From: Phoronis australis
Taxonomy: Eukaryota > Animalia > Phoronida
NCBI GenBank assembly: GCA_002633005.1
Contig: NMRA01000027.1
Span: 1,327,587 to 1,391,586 of the forward strand
Direction of reading: 5' to 3'
DNA length: 64,000 nt
Numbering within the stretch: the stretch's first letter is position 1; the number at the start of each line of letters is the position of its first letter. Below the pieces are notes generated by a model, which was not told where the DNA came from, did not search any database, and saw only the letters and a program-made list of their open reading frames with translations. This document shows, in pieces, positions 62,319-64,000 of the stretch. A program made the position numbers and the translations under genes.

Positions 62319-64000
62319 GTCAGTTGACTTTTGTGAGCACATGGGTTTTTGGTGAAAACGCTCAGAAAGTAAAATAAGGTGACATCATAGATTATAGACA
62401 ACAGATCGCAACTTCGACATTTTCTTCCGTGCTATCCAAAAGGAAGCGGCACTCTCCTAAATTATCTGGTGCAGTTTTTTGTTAGCGTATTTTGACGGAA
62501 AATTCTCGCATTTACTTTACTGTCCAGTTCAACGAAAAAAAATCGGCATTGAAACTCTGTTAAAAGTCTTCCAATAGTAGAGCTGTTGGTATCGTGAGTA
62601 CTTTTGGCAATGCTACTGGTAATTAATTACAAAATTCAAACTTCGGTGCCGACTGATTATGTCGTCTGCTTGCACAATAGCAGCAGTTTGTGATTCATGG
62701 TTCACATACTGAGAAAACTACGAAAGCTTATTTGTGCACAAATTCTAAGGAGCACCTCTCAATGCAAAAGATACTTATATAACGTTACTTTTTGTTTTAG
62801 AAAGTTATTAATTTTGTTTGGATTAAAAAATGCGCCTCTGCAACGATTTCACCGGTTTAACCTTTGTATGTTTATAAATCCACATTCTCAAGTGAGCAGT
62901 CCTTGTGGGAAGTGTTAAGTGGCCCTTAAAAGGGTCGTTGGTTGTACTGTGCATGAGCCTTAGGTATATCGTGAAATGGTTCTTAAAAGAACTGTTGAAT
63001 AATTCAACATACACTGTAAATCACACAGTATACCGTGCTCACTCAAGTACTGAAAGTCCTCTTCATTTAAGTTTTCATTTGGGAAGGTTGGATGAAAACA
63101 GAGAAGATGGCAATATCTATGACAGGTGTAACACCTTAAATAGATGTTACCGTTCAGCAACGTTATCACGAACCCTGGCTCATCCAGTTCTTGTTCCTGG
63201 ATCCACAAGTAATCCTGAACCGTAAAGAAAAACGACACACAACAAAACGAATCAAATTTCGAAAATCATCGCCTTCGTACGATTCCGTGTTGCTGTCGCC
63301 AGACTGATGTTCCTCCCCAACATCCATGTCGAAAATCGTCGTTGCAAGTGATGTAAACTTGTGTCCCTTGTTTCTAACTTTTAACCCATTTTTTAAGAAA
63401 GGGGTGTACTGATTTTGTTATATGTTGATAGAGCATAACTTTTGGTTTTTACAATGCATTAATTGTGTTGAATGCATTTATATTATGTGGCCTCATTGAG
63501 TTGAACAGAAAATAAATTAAATGTAACAAAATAAAGTTTTGAAAATAAATAGAGCAGCAACAGGACTCCCTAAGAATCAAGCTTGTTTTCGAAAACTTTG
63601 CGCCGTTGGTGATTCGATTGGTTCATGAACTTAAAGTCCTTCTCCATAACGCTAAACCCTCGTGAGAGACCGCCCCGAGATGGATGCTGGAGCAACTCGG
63701 GGCGGTCTGGGATCAAGCGGAACAACCACAGGGTAAATCTGTGGTCGACGAATCTATTCGGTCGATTACATTTTATTGCCCGTGAAGCCGCTAAGGGCTG
63801 CCTGAAGAAATATGACTCGCGCGTTTGTATTTTCGCCTGTTTCAATAACATGTAAAAGATTCATCAACAAATTCCTCGTAAAATTCTGAAAACAAGCGTT
63901 TTTCTCCCACGAAAATCGATGAAGTTTTGGCCGAGATATTTCACTTTCAGTCCAGGCTAGCCCTGCACACTCAGAGAATCGTCACACAAGATTACTACGC

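Overview
Repeat-rich animal (probably marine invertebrate) genomic scaffold with kb-sized GT-AG introns and four assembly gaps (6319-7034, 25183-25622, 28327-28628, 43763-44411). Most ORF-track entries are spurious, so genes were rebuilt by hand from splice sites. (1) A complete 10-exon PSMD3/Rpn3 proteasome lid gene (+, 8279-22299, about 501 aa). It carries a 69-bp duplication of the exon-2 acceptor and a ~1.9-kb duplication containing exon 6, the latter probably two haplotypes joined at a single N. (2) A first coding exon of an amphiphysin/BIN-family gene (-, 7984-8052), head-to-head with PSMD3 and 226 bp away. (3) A complete 4-exon secreted lipocalin-like gene (-, 29733-36092, 207 aa). (4) A candidate small secreted peptide precursor (+; TATA and UTR exon near 51.8 kb, signal-peptide exon 57735-57796, cationic/acidic exon 62196-62318). 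Mobile DNA includes a degenerate Gypsy pol with an IADD RT motif, three TTAA-flanked THAP-bearing Kolobok-like elements (one a long foldback), a hAT element with an 8-bp TSD, a CAC-ended element with a 5-bp TSD, an Academ-like fragment, a solo LTR and several MITE families. There are also two Helentron-associated (HINE/DINE-like) elements, one carrying an array of about 10 co-oriented CTCF-consensus-like motifs. No database searches were run; family assignments come from recalled motifs.
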